A DNA stretch of 64,000 nucleotides from Bigelowiella natans CCMP2755 (GCA_000320545.1 ADNK01000422.1:8378-72377); one strand, 5' to 3'; counted from the stretch's first letter, positions 22,516 to 37,260 are shown. Translations and numbers: made by a program. Notes: generated from the letters alone by a model not told the origin.

Positions 22516-23716
22516 AACATCAGAAAATGAAAATAAGGAGGGAGGAGGCGATTGGGGACGAAGAGGCTGATGCTGCTAGTGCTGCTCAATTGTTCAAAGA
22601 CCGTATTCCAAATCATATGGATGTTGTGTATAAAGAAATAGTGCTTGGAGGTGAAAAGCAGATGGAGGATCACTCTGCGCACCTGGTAGATAAAGTAGAG
22701 AAGATAAGACGGCCATAGTCATAATGATCATGATAAAAAGAAGAAGAAGAAGAAGAAGAAGCATTAGAGAACTTCCCCCCCCCTCATTCATTTCTCTCGA
22801 TATACTCTACATATGCGCGCATTAACAACATGTTGATCAATCAGTTGGACTGGATCGAAACAACTATTTCCAATGGAGGAAAGGTGATAATCGGATTACG
22901 CACAAGGAGTGAAGGGCAGGGGGGGGGGGGGGGGGGGATTCCAGGCTTAGAGCTACAAAGTCGAATGACTGCAGAATATGACACATTATGTCTCATGATT
23001 ACTTTAATCTGAATAATAATACTTAGAGTTGATTTACTGTTGAAAGTGTGTTTTGCCTGTTGTTGGAGAAAGATAGTTGGCATTTCCACGTTATAAACCG
23101 ATTGCCAATGGCTTGTTGTATTAGATTCTGATTTGTTGCGACACGGGCGTGTTCTTGGCTCCGAGCATTGTAATTATGTATCTAATGTATCAGCAAGAGG
23201 TAACTGTTTTGTTTTGAAAAATAACGATGATGAGGATGACAATGATGATAATTATAATCCGTTTTCTTTGTTGCTTGTTCCACCTTCATAACATAACACA
23301 GGTTAGTTTTGAGAGAGCACGTGAGCTAGTGATCCGGAAGCGACCTATCATACGGCTGCCGATGTGGCTAGCAACGCAGATGATGGAGGTTTTTGCAAAT
23401 GATAATTGTATATAGCTTTGTTTGTCAACATCACACACATTACAATGGCTAATCTGTGGAATATCTGCTACGTTTTCTTTGCTGGACGATTGTGCTGCTT
23501 ATACACCAGCTTAACGATGTGATTAATATGGCTATGGGAGCAAAAGAGGATCCTGAAGAAGCTGAAAGGGAACAACTTGCCCGAAAGGCTCGTGAGAATC
23601 CACAATCTGAACTCTTCAATAGCGACGAGTTGGAGGAGGAAGAAATACGACAGAGAGAGCTTCAGAGTTACGCTGATAGAAAAGCGCGCAAGGCTTTCGG
23701 GGATGATTGGTGTTAG
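16552..23716 (+). CDS. NHL-repeat beta-propeller protein with a C-terminal dual-specificity-phosphatase-like domain; many microsatellite-rich introns
   Basis: NHL repeats GIAVDGDGVIYISDTETHQIKKI, PSGVACDMYGNIFVVDSRNCKIRKI, FNGPTSIALDPKGN/LIVADSMNHAIRAI and AVTTDMWGNIYIADTFNKAIRVL. DSP-like segments IQRITPSLMLSG, LDWIETTISNGGK/ILICCDTGVFLAPSIVIMYLM and SFERARELVIRKRPII. Start unresolved. Confidence 0.75.
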
Positions 23717-24041
23717 CCGGGCCCTTCCTTTATTTGTATAGGCGCATGCAGCCGCAATATGTACATGTATAGTATGTGCATTCGTCATGTAGCCTGCAAG
23801 GCAGTTGCATCCATCTAGCCATGCTAGCATGTGAATGCTGGACATTCTGGAGTTATCCATCTAGCCATGCTGACGATGTGTGCGAAAAGAATTGCAATGA
23901 TGATTGTTGCTGCCCCCACACGACTATCGCTAGCTAGACCGCGCAAGTCGCTGGCCAGTCTAGCTAGCTGTAGCGCATCGCATCAGACAAACGGCATGCA
24001 CAGATAGCATGGCAACAAGCATAGTGCCTGCCTCTACCAGT

Positions 24042-24084
<43 letters not shown>

Positions 24085-24265
24085 AGACTCAATGGCATGT
24101 ACAGATTGTGTTGCGATTACTGTCTACTAGTTGACCAACTCGGAAACACAAAACTATACTTTCCTCTTTCGTGGCATGAAGGTATCAATGAGTTAGGCAG
24201 ACGTTGCTCTACAGGGCCATCTTGCCAGGTCTCTTCTTTCCATTCAACACACACTACAACAATTT

Positions 24266-25382
24266 CTAATCCCACTTCTTTGCATTGAACATTGTTTTTA
24301 ATTGGATGACTTGCCACACGCCTGATCCGATCAATACGAACGATTGCAAGACTGACCACCACATCACACTGGAATTTGTAGATTCACTTATTTGCCTGAA
24401 GTTCACTTCCCGTTCCTGTTTTTCAAATGGAAGATGTTGTTAGCCTGTTTAGTCCTGAACCCGAATGCAACATTAGATCAAAGAAATAAAATCTCATACC
24501 CGCAGGTATTGCTGTTGACTGCGAATATCCCGCACCAGATCTACCAGTTTTCTGACTTCCAGCTCAATGGCTGCGATTCATGCAAAATTTTGATCTATTA
24601 GTGCTTCGCAGTTATCGTTCTTAAATATATGCATTTATTTTTCACCTGAAAGATGCTCGCTTTTGGCCATGTCATCGTAGTTTGTTGCGTGCTCTCCAAC
24701 GTCAAATCTCAGCTCCACTTTCTACAAGCACAACAGCACAAAAATGATGATCAGACCCTTTGGGAATAGTAAGGCAGAGTAAAGTATCCTTACGAAATTC
24801 TGGGCCCTATACATAGGGTGCGTTTCATTGATGTAAGCGCAGATTAGATGTTCTCCGTCATCGTGAGCTGTGAATACGAATTTCCCCTGTTTGTGGATCA
24901 AAATGATGTGAGAGCCTACGCAAGCTTTGATGGTATGGAGAATGGAGAACAAATACAAGTACCTCTCCTTCAGTGGCATGATGAACCATTATCTCTTCAG
25001 CTTGAATATCATGTTTCTTATCCTGAAATACACGCACCATTTTTAAGGAGGTAAATAACTCACAAGATACGTTGCAGAAACAGACCTTCGTGCCTGGTGC
25101 CGTCACAACGAATACGATCATGTCTTTTCCATCTCTTGGAACTTTGTAATTACCCATGACTAACATGTCATGGGGCACTGAATATGTATGAAAGCCACCA
25201 CAAACCATTCAGGAATTGCACGTACTTGTATTCGGACTACATCCCGTGTTTTCTAGAAATTAGCGCCACGTACCATCTTCAATGAAGCATCTGGGCACAT
25301 CCTTAGATAGAAAGAAATAGTATCCGAAAATCTGTGGTATGAGCCAGGAGCTGGCGAGAAGGAGGGTCGCCAGCTTCAGCAT
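24266..25382 (-). CDS. p24/emp24/gp25L GOLD-domain cargo receptor (TMED family)
   Basis: Signal peptide MLKLATLLLASSWLIPQIFG, RCFIED, GKFVFTAHDDGEHLIC, coiled coil IELEVRKLVDLVRDIRSQQQYLR/EREVNFRQISESTNSSVMWWS, a TM helix, and a C-terminal KKxx (AKKWD*). Confidence 0.92.
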
Positions 25383-25686
25383 CGTTTGTTGGAGGCAGAG
25401 GGGGTTCTCCACGAATGACGATTGCCAATTCGCACAAGCCGCCAGGGAGCTCTTTCTCGGCCTTTTTACCCACAGAGAACAGCCTCCATTTACTATCTTA
25501 CGTCACAACATTATCGTTGCCGTAGACCAAGAATTCGACCTGTTTCGGAAAGAAAATGAAGCAGAGAAAGCCGCATTTCATTGGTTCGAAGTGGCCATTC
25601 GTCTACCGATATTTTAATTTAGAAAATTAATTAATAATTATTCGGGAAAGGCAAGCACGTCGACTCCCCCACTCTTTCTGATCCAC

Positions 25687-28123
25687 ATGCTCAGACAGCG
25701 ACGCCAAGGTTGGACAACTCACCGTTTCACCATTATTTTAATTCTTCTGAAAGATGACAAACTTCTTGTTCGTACAGTATCACCGACATCCGCAACTTCA
25801 GTAGCAGCCCTGTGCATCATCGCAATGTCAGCGACTTTGTTCACAGCTTTATCTTCATCCCGGCGAGGGCTCTTCACATCCCTCCCAAAGCTCCAATCAA
25901 GTGTGTCTCGCGCAACAATGAAGGCTTCTTCAAAACTAAACTTTGGTGGAGGATTGGCTTTGAATAGTGTTCGTGGATGCAAACCGATCATTGCTGCTGC
26001 TGGAACTAGTACGCGAAGGCACGTATCGCAAAAGGTGGTACTGTGAAGTCTTGACCTCAAGAAAAGAATAATCAAGTTGTGATATAATTTTCTTCTACCA
26101 TTTCATAGGCGTCTCCTGATGTGCAGGAACTGGTTACACGTGTCGTTCCTGTTCCGAAAGCAGAGAATGCGATTAGTATCAAAGCTTCAGCTGGTACTTC
26201 AACACACCCTACTACTATGTACGCCAGGGAGCTAGCTAATCGTGGATCATACCCTTATAAACCCGGAATGTCGATATCGAACAGAAAAACCAGGAGAATG
26301 GAAAGGAGACATCATCATCGTTCCAGTTTTTTCCGCAGCAAAGGTAGTAGTTGTCTTTGTCTATCAGCCCTTTGTCCAAGTGAATTTGATGATAATAATG
26401 ACGATGATGCTGCTGCTGCCGCCGAGACACAATCTACCTCTCATCCGACCATTATTCGATGACGACTTCTATTATTATCTACGGAACCTATATTTTTCTA
26501 GACCGATCTGAAAGAGGGCGAGGAAGTTCCTGACGCCGAGCTCACAGGATCTGCTAAGGTAATATAATAATAATAGCTGAAGAAATAGGTTTGTTAAAAG
26601 TCGAAGATTTTCTATTGAACGTGTTATTTTTCGTCATGATATGATATACATTCTTTACTGCAGGAGCTAGATGAAAGCCTAGGAGGCATTCTGTCTGATT
26701 TGGTAACGGAGAACTCTTTCAAGGGGAAAAAAGGTAGGTAGGAGTCGACAGATATATAAAGAACGATGATAGCTGTTAGTTAGTACACGAGAACCATCAT
26801 TATTATCGGCGTCATTTTTCTGTAACAAGCGAATCAATTCCTCAGGGGAAAAGGTTCTGACGTTCTTACCAGGAAAGAATACCAAACGTGTTGCACTTGT
26901 TGGTAAGTATCTGCGTAGGCGTGGTTTCAGTAGATAGTGCTGCAACTACAGGAATCAACATTGTACGATTACCCATCACAATGCTGCTCAAGGATTTCTC
27001 CACAATCCCGTGAATAATAGGTGCCGGCGACGCAACGAAAGTAACAGCAGATGCAGTTGAGGTATTACACACGTGGTAGTTGCCCAACCATCAGCCGACT
27101 AATAGATAACCAACCAATGTCCAGGCTCTGGGATCTGCTATTGCATCTGCCGCTTTGGACTCGAAAGCAAAGGTGCTTGCCTTCATAACCCGAGCTAATG
27201 GTTTTTTGGTCTAACGTAAACTATTACTCAATGATAACTGCCGGAAAAAATGTTATTTTCTCCCTTAGACGGCGCTGGTATTACCCCCGGTGTCTGGAGG
27301 CGATACAGCAGCATTTCCGATTGGGGTAGTACTAGTACTAGTAGTAGTAGTGTTTTTATAAGTATCACTCACAGAGAAATGTTGTATGTAGAAAGGGTAG
27401 CAATGATAATAATAATAATAGTAAGAATAATAATAATAGCAGTGCTTGAGTTGAAACAACCCTTCGTTCTCAGATTCTGTCTAAGCTTTACGTGGATGAT
27501 AGGTTGGAACGGCATTTAGTGATGATGATGATAATAATTGATTATATGGGATTGATGATATCGATGATAATAATGATGATGATGATGATAATGATGATGA
27601 TAGTGATGAATAGCCTATCATGATATGCCTACTAATATAGATTCCGAACTGGCGAAAATGTGTCCAAAGCTCCTAAATTAGAATCTCTTGAGGTAAAACA
27701 AGTAGCATGATAATATTTTATAATACAATAGAATGTGAAGTAGAGAGATCTTTACGCGATTGTTATGGCAATGATGATATGATTGTTGGCAGATTGCTGG
27801 AATAGATGCAGGCCTATTTGATTCTGCTTTGTCCAGAGTACGGCAAATAATATGTGTTTGCCCTCCATCTTGCGTATTGTTAATCTACGAAATGTCATCA
27901 ACACTACCACACAAGACATCCATTTCTGTTATTTCTGTTGTGTGCGTGTTGTGTTGCAATTTGATGCTGTTGTGGTGGACACACGCATTGTTGTCTACTA
28001 TCGTTCAGGCACGCGGCATTGCTTCTGGTGTACGAATGGCAAAGGATTTGGTTGGCGCTCCACCAAATTATCTCACACCGTAAGTACTAATTATCATCAT
28101 CATCCTAGTAGTAAGAGAAGGGG

Positions 28124-28165
<42 letters not shown>

Positions 28166-29038
28166 AGTACGCACTTGCAAGCATCACTGCTCATCATCTC
28201 CTCCTCCTTTTCTTCTTCTTGTTCTTTTTCTTTTTCTTCTTCGCAATGTAACAGGTCTTCCATGGCGGGTATAGCTGAGAAGATCTCTGAAGAGACAGGA
28301 ATGGAGATAAAGGTATGAACAAGAAGAGAAAGTATAAAAAGCTGTTGTATTAGTAGTTGTAGTAATAAGAAGAAGTCTATCGTGCGTTTTCTCATCACAT
28401 CATGTGAAAAGAACGAATGAATATTTATAATAATAATAATAATAATAGTAACAATAATAATATTAATAATAATAGGTTCTTAGCGGCGAGGAATGCGAGA
28501 AGATGGGTATGGGATCGTACCTTGGGGTGGCACAGGTCGTACTAGAAGTAGTAGTAGTAGTAAATACCAAAAATACTTATCGATTGCTCTCATCCCACTT
28601 CTACCTCAATATTGCTGGAGATATAAGCCTATCAGCATATTGTTTGCGTTTGTTGTTGTTGATTATTTGTGTTTACTGGCGTGGTTTCCTATTACTCAAC
28701 CCAGGGTGCAATAGAGCCTCCTAAGTTTATTCATATGACGTACAAACCATCCGGTAGTAGTGAGACTTAATTAAGAGGGGTAGGAGCAACGGGTGGGAGG
28801 AAAGCTGTTCGCTATTTTATGCGTCCTGCTTTGAAGAAGGCAAGGGCAGAATAATAAATCTTCTTTTCATCCTCTTGCGTTTCTCTCTTGTTTCTTATCC
28901 CCCCCCCCCCCCCCCTCCCCCCTTTTCTGCCGAATTCCAATAACCGAACACAGGAGAAGTGAAGTCTAAGATCGCACTGATTGGGAAGGGCCTGACATTT
29001 GACTCTGGTGGATATAATCTGAAGGCTGGAGCGGTATT

Positions 29039-29074
<36 letters not shown>

Positions 29075-29257
29075 GTGATGGCGACGAGGATGATGAAGAT
29101 GATGATGATGATGTCGATCATCAGCGAAGTTTTCTTGTTTACTTTTACTATATAAGCAGCTTGGTGCCTATTTCATCATCATCAAATTTAATGAACCTAG
29201 GGTTCCATGATTGAGCTGATGAAATTCGATATGGGAGGATCAGCAGCTGTCCTAGGT

Positions 29258-29300
<43 letters not shown>

Positions 29301-29645
29301 TAGAAATACATATGCATATATACATAATACTTCAGGAGCCGCGCAATCGATTGGAACTCTTAAGCCAGAGAACGTCGAGGTTCACTTCATTGTGGCTGCG
29401 TGCGAAAACATGCTCTCCGACAGGTGATGATGATCTTTCTTGTTTATTTTCTCCTCCCTAAGCTCCTAATCCATCACAAAATTCTTATCACAGAGCAATG
29501 CGTCCTGGAGATATTCTCACTGCAAGCAATGGCAAAACGATTGAGGTAATAACAGCATTCACTTACAACGCCATCATCCTATAGATCATAATTATCGATC
29601 ATCGACTTTGCTACCTCTGCTGCTACCACTGCTACTCTCGGTGTT

Positions 29646-29678
<33 letters not shown>

Positions 29679-31157
29679 TAGGTCATAAACACGGATGCGG
29701 AAGGGCGTCTAACGTTGGCAGATGCACTGATTTATGCTGAGGACTTAAAGGTGTCGGCAGCAGCAGCAGCAGCAACAGTAGTCTAGAGATGATGATGATG
29801 ATGAAGATGACATCATACAATGTCGCATATTTCTTAAGAACCCTTTAGGTTGAAATAAGTTACTTGCTTTAACCTCTCCGTTGATTATTGTGTAGTTGAT
29901 TTATTACCTTTTACTCATTGTCTTCATCTCCACTGATAGGTTGACAAAATCGTGGATCTGGCTACACTCACCGGTCATCTTCAAGATTACTCCGAAAAAA
30001 TGAATTTGATGATGATAATTATTCTGCATCACTGTTGTTTGAGCCGCTAGATCAATACTCATAGTGCAGTTATGATATACTTCTGCTACTACTGCTGCTG
30101 TAACAAATCATTAGGCGCCTGCATTATCTCGCTTGGAAATGATTACGCTGGTCTCTGGTCTTCCGATGACGCATTAGGTAGTAGGTGCTATTATTAGTGG
30201 TTGCTCATGTTTATTACATTCCTATCGACATAAAGCACACCCTTTCACTAGTCCATGTACGCATATTCTCTTTCTTATTGATTTCCCTCCCTCCCTCCCT
30301 CCCTCCCTCTCATGAAGCTGCACAGCTTGAAGAAAGTGCTAAGAGTTCTGGGGAAAAAGTACTTACGTTACTTAAACATGAAAGATGATGAGAAGAATAA
30401 GAAAAAGAATAAAGAAGAAGAAATGGTAGAGGGGGAGGTGCAGGAATACTTATTATCATCATTCTGAGAAGCAATTGGTACCTCCTAATGTAGATCTGGA
30501 GAATGCCTCTCGTGGAAGGCTACAAGGAAGAGCTTAAGGTTGAGAAGATGACCAAAACGACTCCTCCTCCTCCTCCTCCTCCTCCTCCTCCTCCTCGTAA
30601 CTCTAGTAGTGAGAGATGGCATAGGTTCATAATAATACCATTCAATCTAACGCTGCTCTCACATCTCCTCCATGTAGTCGAACATTGCAGACCTGAAGAA
30701 CGTTGGTGGAAGAGCTGGAGGATCTATCACAGCTGCCTTGTTCCTCAAAGTAGTAGTTGTAGTAGTAGTAGTAGTAGTAGTAGTCAATCAATGCACCGCT
30801 CGCAAGGGATGGATACTGACATAATTTCATCTATGATAATTGCGTGCCGTAGGAATTCGTAAAGTCAACCCCATGGGCTCATATTGACATGGCAGGACCT
30901 GTGTGGGATGGAAAAGTATGATGTCTATAGTTTGAACAATATTGTAATAAAAATTATTTTATTCTATGTGTGAATAACAATTGTACGAATAATTATATCA
31001 TTATTATTATAATTGTTATAATTTTTATAACGATTTTGTGAAAGGCAATTCCTTTGGCAAGATTTTGACACTTATGTTGCAATTGTAGGCCGGTGGATCT
31101 ACCGGTTTCGGAGTTCGCACATTGGTGGACTTTGTCGACGCACACGCAACAGCATGA
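25687..31157 (+). CDS. LAP: M17 leucyl aminopeptidase with a putative bipartite plastid-targeting leader; more than 20 exons
   Basis: [70 protein letters not shown]; stop TGA at 31155-31157. Confidence 0.95.
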
Positions 31158-32327
31158 AAGTACTTAACTCGATAAATTTTGTCCCGAGCTCCGACAGCAA
31201 CAATGTAAAGGCGGTTAGTTGATAGGCAATGGCAGTGCCCAAGAGAAGTACCCTTCTTTGATGGATTTTCTGCTTGCGACAAAACCATTTTCTTCTGACC
31301 TATTCAAGCTAGCACATTGATGTTGCTTAGATGTGTCGACCCTCGATGTTTCACGAATGAGGCTTTTTTGAAAACTGCATCAAGCGTGACTGAATTGATC
31401 TGTGATAGACTCAAATCGGCGCACGTATTTGTACATCACTAGATCATCGCATGCATGCATGCCTAACTAGCTAGCTAGTCAGCATCATGATTTAGTGATG
31501 CACGTCGATCTGCAAATGCACACTCTAGCACTGCTAGACTGCCCAGTGCTAGACGACGCTCTGGCGCTAGCACACATTCGTCGCATCATTAGTGCAGGTC
31601 GCTGCGTGCGAACGATGAGCACAATGCATGCATCAAAAATTGTTGTGTGATCTAGTGATCAACGAGACGCGCAATCATCATCTGCTAGCCTGTGCCGGGC
31701 GGGCTGCAAAGTTTCTGGATTCAGAGATGTTCAAGTGCTGTGATGTTCAGTGATGAGTGACGATCGCGGCTGGTCGTTCAAAAGTGCACTTTGAAGCCAG
31801 AGCTTGAGAGGGCCATTGCATGTGAGACGGATGCAATGAAGTGATCAAATCTTTTCAATGGTCATCCTGATGCAGCCATGCTGGCATGCAAAGCAGCGGC
31901 TGCAGCTAGGCAGCGCTCAGGTCGTTGCTAGCGTTGCACGTGCAACGTGCAATTGCCTTGAGGAGCTGGATAGCTTTTGCACTGTGCGTGAAATTTGGGT
32001 GCATGTGGCACATGCATGCACGTTGCTACTTGTCAATGCGTTCGTGGGTGTGAAGAAGAAGAAGAGGTGCACTTCAGTTGTGATCGGGTGTGAGTTCAGA
32101 TTGTAAGGATGGAATACTATGGAACAGATTTGCCAAATTAATAAATACGATATGTCAGTTTAGTTGTCGCTGTATCTAGATCAACAGTGTTTATGGTTCC
32201 ATTCTAAATATAGAAAAGCAACTTATGTTGAACAGAACGTTAAGTACTTTACTTTCCGTAGGTCATCAGTCGCCTACCCCTCGTTGGCGACGTAGGAGGA
32301 ACCATGAATAATGAATGAGCGATGTGA

Positions 32328-35300
32328 ATGGAAATTCCTCTATGTTACCATAAAACCCAAAGCTGTATGCTAGTGGCCTCTCGACTCCCCTGGGTCTTTT
32401 TGTTACTCCTTACAACTTCCGGACGTGGCTCGTATGCTGTACAGCCAAGCGAGCCACCACCATGGGCTGACCCGACTTCATGTCGGGGAGGAGAGTCTAA
32501 TGCGTTTGAGGGAAGAGGAGAAAATTTTGCGGAATTGATTCAGCTTGGTGAACGAAATGTTACAAGAAATGAAGAGGACGGATACGAAGAGAACGTCTCT
32601 AACAGCAGGAATCGAACGATGTGGTTGTTCTGCGACCCCTTCAAGATGACTTTACGATGGGAGGCAGAAGAACTTAATCGGTAATAACTACCACAATAAA
32701 TTTTGAAAGTTACCTATATGAATGCACGCAGTATTATGAAGTCAAGCAGTTAAAGTTGAATCATTAAAATATTAGTACTACCACTCATTGCTCTGCTATC
32801 ATTCTTAATATTAGGCAACTCCTCCTTATACTACGACGCCCAGTCGAAGGTTGTGACGGTGATGGCTTTCGGATATCCATACTGATTGGGGATAGAAGCC
32901 GGGAAAAGAGGAGGAGGAGAAGGAGGACAAGAACTGCTCCTTTCTCGGTGTCACGGTACCACCAAATGAGCTCATCGTACAGGAGAAGGAAGAAGAAGGA
33001 GCGCGTAAATAGAAATGGATGTGACGACGATGATGATGATGGTGATAATGAGGATAATGATGGCGAGAACTCGATACACGAGGATGCTACAGATGTGTTC
33101 TTCTTTCCGCATCATAATCGAACATTGGAATTACCACGAAGAAGCAGTAGCAGCAGATCAAATGAGCAGGAGCTGTCATATTCATCAATACTTCGCAGCA
33201 AGCGATCTAAGACCATTTTATATCCATCAATTCTTCCGTACGGGGTATACATCTGCTGGGCGTTTCAACCAAAAAATGATAATGATGATGATGATGATGA
33301 TGATGATGTCCCTGTGCTACCCGATCCATCTCCTTCTCCAGACTCTCGCTCAATGCACGAATATAATCCCTGAATCTTATTGTTACTGGTATAATTTTCT
33401 GTTACTAAAACCAGGCAAGACTCTATGCGCAATCACTGTTCAAGGAATGGTATAATGGAGGTGAGGATGAGAATGATGGAGGCGGGGGAAGCACCAAATG
33501 TCCAAGTCGGTGAACGAATAGATAATACACCCTGACCACCGCGTTAGATTGACTCAAGTGAGCGCGTGCGCTCTTCTGTGCGGATGTATTCGTGCGTATC
33601 TTACTTTGGTGCGTGCATTGACTTCAGGAGGGGTTATAGTGCTCTCAACCCAATCACGACACCTTGGTTGGCATTTCCTTAACACGGAAGGCTTGACATT
33701 CAATTTTGATGTCAAGGCGAGGTTATTTATTATAGCAACATCTATTTTATCTTTCATCACCCTTTCTTGTTATTTGTTCGGGGGTCATTCATTATTAAAG
33801 GCAGTGTTGTGTTCTTCCCCTTCTGCTGTTGTGCTATTCTTCTTCATTGATATAACTAGCTATTGTTTCCATCGTGCAAAGTCCTCTCGCACGACACTAC
33901 TAGCTCAATTTCACTCTTTCAGCTATAAGCTCCTGAGCAATTTTCTAAGATGTCTAGTTCGTTTTATCGATGAGGAGGAGTTTCTACCCCTGGTAATACA
34001 TACTATTTAGAGCAGCAGCAGCAGCAGCAGCAGAGTGTACTAACGATTTCCATCACCATCATCATGATACAGCATGCTATATTTATCTACACTGTTTTTG
34101 TCTTGCAGGATGGTGATGATGACGACGGCCATGGTGGCTACTACATGATTGATGATACCCAGCACTACCACCAACCAAGCCTGACCGTTAAAGATAATCG
34201 AACCAGCGCTGTTACTACTAGTGTAGATGATGATGACGATCAAGACTACGACGACAATGGCAGCAACGATGCTGCTGATAAGCTACCATTGCTAGACTTT
34301 GACGACAATGACGACGAGGAGGAGTTTGAAAAAAATTATAAAAGATCAGAGGAGGCATTCTTGGGTGACGATGGTTACGACAAAGAGAGCCGAGACCACG
34401 ACGTCGGAGAAAATGCTGCTGGTGGTGAGGAAGAGGGTACACAGCGCTTTGTCTTATCGAACGGATTCAATCAGGCTGCTGCAGCTTCTGCTGATGATGA
34501 TGATAATGACGATGATGGTGGTGGTGACGTGATCGAAAAAAAAAGTAGTTATAATGGCACTGCTACTCCTCCTCCTCCTACTACTACTACTACACCCTTG
34601 GAGCAAATTCGTGTAGGCAGTGCCCATAGTGAAGGTGGTAGCAATGGGGTTACTTCTCGCCAGTCAACAGATAAGCACTATTCGAGATGTACCAGCAGCA
34701 GCCGTGAAGAAGATCAAAACAAAGAAATTGATCAAATAGGAGTGTTAAACAGTGACGCTCAAGGAAGGGTCGGAGTGTCATCCGTCAACTTGCTTAATTT
34801 AGAGAATAATGGTGACAACAATTATAACGACGATGAATCGTTAACAGAGGTAGCTATAGTAGTCACATCAGCCCCAACCTTGGCTTCAGTGGATTCATCG
34901 CCAGATGCTGCAAGTGAAAATGCGGAGGATCTCTCCTCCTCCCATCATCATACGCATCATCATCCAAACGAGGATAAAAGCAACAACAGTGGCAGTAATA
35001 TCAACAGCAAAAACAACGGCAAATCGAAGGGAGGCAATAGTAGTAGTAGTAGTAGTAGTAGCAGTAGTAGTAGTTCAAAGGAGCCAACAAGTTATCCTAC
35101 GAGGTCACCAAGCCCAGCTCCGACTGTAAAGCCAACAAATCCTACACGATTCCCTACCAACCAGCCAACCTCTCCCACCCCACAGCCTACATCATTTCCT
35201 ACCCAAGGAGCTACTACTCCTACTACCACTTCTACTAGTGCTAAAACGACTGCTAGCCCGACAGCTGTAGCTCAGAGGTACTATTAGTAGTATTCTGCAG

Positions 35301-35376
35301 CAATACTGTGCGACTACTCAAATAATTACAAATTTACCACGTTTGTTTGTTCGTTCCTTCTCCCCCCCCCCCCCCC

Positions 35377-35411
<35 letters not shown>

Positions 35412-35931
35412 TGTCCCTCCCCCTCCAGTGGTATTATCAGCCCCCCTCTTCCGCCTCCTGCTCTCCCCCCCCCTGCTGCTCCTCTTCCTGGTACTCCTAC
35501 TACACCACCACAAGAAGGGCCAGGAGGAGCTCAAACGACGACGAAGACTAATAAGGGCAATACAAAGCAAGCAGCATGGAAGCGATGGCTTTGGTAACTA
35601 AACATGTGTTTACGGTGCATGATTAAATCAAGAGGATAATGATATCAGTATATCATCCTCATTCTAAAATACATCTTCATGCACACAAAAACAGGGTATG
35701 CGTTCCTATGATCGTGATTGTGATCTTTGGATTCGCGCTACTCTCCGCGGGCTGGGGACAGGACTCTAGTAAGCAAGCATTTATATAATTTAGAATCTCA
35801 TTATGAGTCGTGGTGGAGCAACGTCGTCCGTAATATATCTGAATATGATACGGAAAGGTATGAATTGGGTCTCTCATTCTGTAGCTCCCTACGGTAGAGC
35901 AGGTGAGGAGGAATCGAATTCTACGAGAAAG

Positions 35932-35966
<35 letters not shown>

Positions 35967-36614
35967 CACCGAAATCACCTCTGAAATGACCATGTTTCTT
36001 CTTTTTGCCTTCCATACTGTCCATCGAAGACCCTTTGCGGAAGATGGGCGGCGTTTACGAGAAATCTGCATTACGAGATACATTGGAGCGAGACTACGTC
36101 ACTTTCGCACATGAAACTGCTTCAAGCAGAACCCAGTAATAAAAACAAAACGACTTCTCAATTACAATAATCGTTACAGAAGTTATCATCCATTTCTTAC
36201 TTGAATTTTAATATTATGCATCAGATGGAGGGATATGAATTATAACCGTTGGCATACCGAGACGAAATTAAACTCCGAAGCATATGGTTTGGCAGACGAT
36301 GGGTAATTGGGTCCAAAATTGTTGTTTCTGCATAGAATGACTCGATGCGTTCATCCAAAAGGAAAGAAATAAGAACTGATCTAGTGCACGTTCGATCTCG
36401 AATGCAATATCTTTGTAGATTTTACTATCCTACTGATGACTACATAGCTTTCTCCAATCCTGTCGCTGATTCAGAGAAGGTTTGTACGAGTTAAGTGCAT
36501 TTAAAGTCAAATATTCTAAATCAAAGCCACTTTCTCTAGGAGGGCGACAAAGCTGGAGACACATTGGCGACTAAAGCAGACGCTGAAAAGAAAAACAAAA
36601 ATCTTAGTGTATAG
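32328..36614 (+). CDS. Hypothetical secreted/type-I membrane protein with acidic low-complexity and Pro/Thr (PTxxP) mucin-like stalk
   Basis: Signal-like LPWVFLLLLTT, a 1.2-kb D/S/T-rich exon, PTSYPTRSPSPAPTVKPTNPT repeats, TM segment VCVPMIVIVIFGFALLSAGW, and short cytosolic exons ending at TAG 36612-36614. Could be two genes. Confidence 0.55.
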
Positions 36615-36744
36615 GAACACAATACTAGAGCGAAGGATCTGGATTTATAGTTTATCAGCGTCAGAAACCCTTTTAGACTTCTCTAGTTCCAGACTTCTAG
36701 ACTTGTACAATGATTTGTTAAGATACGAGCTGTCCTATGAAAAC

Positions 36745-37200
36745 TGAAGCTAGCTAGTCTAGTCTAGCTAGCTAGTAGTGTTAATCGTACTAGCTAGCTA
36801 GCTAGCGCACGGCAAGCTAGCAAGTCTAGATTCAAACTATCTAGCTATGTTCATCATAGTGACAGTCGAACTCAAGCTAGCAAGCGTGCTAGCGTGGTAT
36901 GCACTAGCTAGTTAGACAGCTAGACAGCCTAGACAACTCGCTAGCTCGGCAGCTGCAGCTGTCTTAGTCTAGGTTTAGAGGTCTAGCTAGCTACTAGCTA
37001 GCTAGAGGTGTCTAAATGTAAACATCATACGCGGTGACTTGCTAGCTTATCTAGTTGTGTGAGGCGTTCGCATTGAAATGGCATGGCACGTGCGCACGTA
37101 GAGCTAGACAGGGCATGCAAGCGCACTAGATAACTAGCGAAGTCTGTTGTACATGCTAGCATGTAGATGGCCACATTAGCACACTAGCACATCTAGACAT
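36745..37200. repeat. CTAG/TGCA/CATG-rich low-complexity intergenic spacer (one of about seven in the window)
   Basis: Dense GCTAGCTAG, CTAGA and GCATGC words between two convergent genes. Confidence 0.8.
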
Positions 37201-37260
37201 GTTAGATCCTCAGTAGTACGTTCTGTGTTGAATAAGGCATGCAAATGTTGTGTTCGCAGT

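Noticed and set aside
33549-34010. 153-aa hydrophobic ORF as a separate membrane protein
   Set aside because: It has a TTG start and no motif, and it most likely lies within a long intron of the surrounding gene; it cannot be supported.
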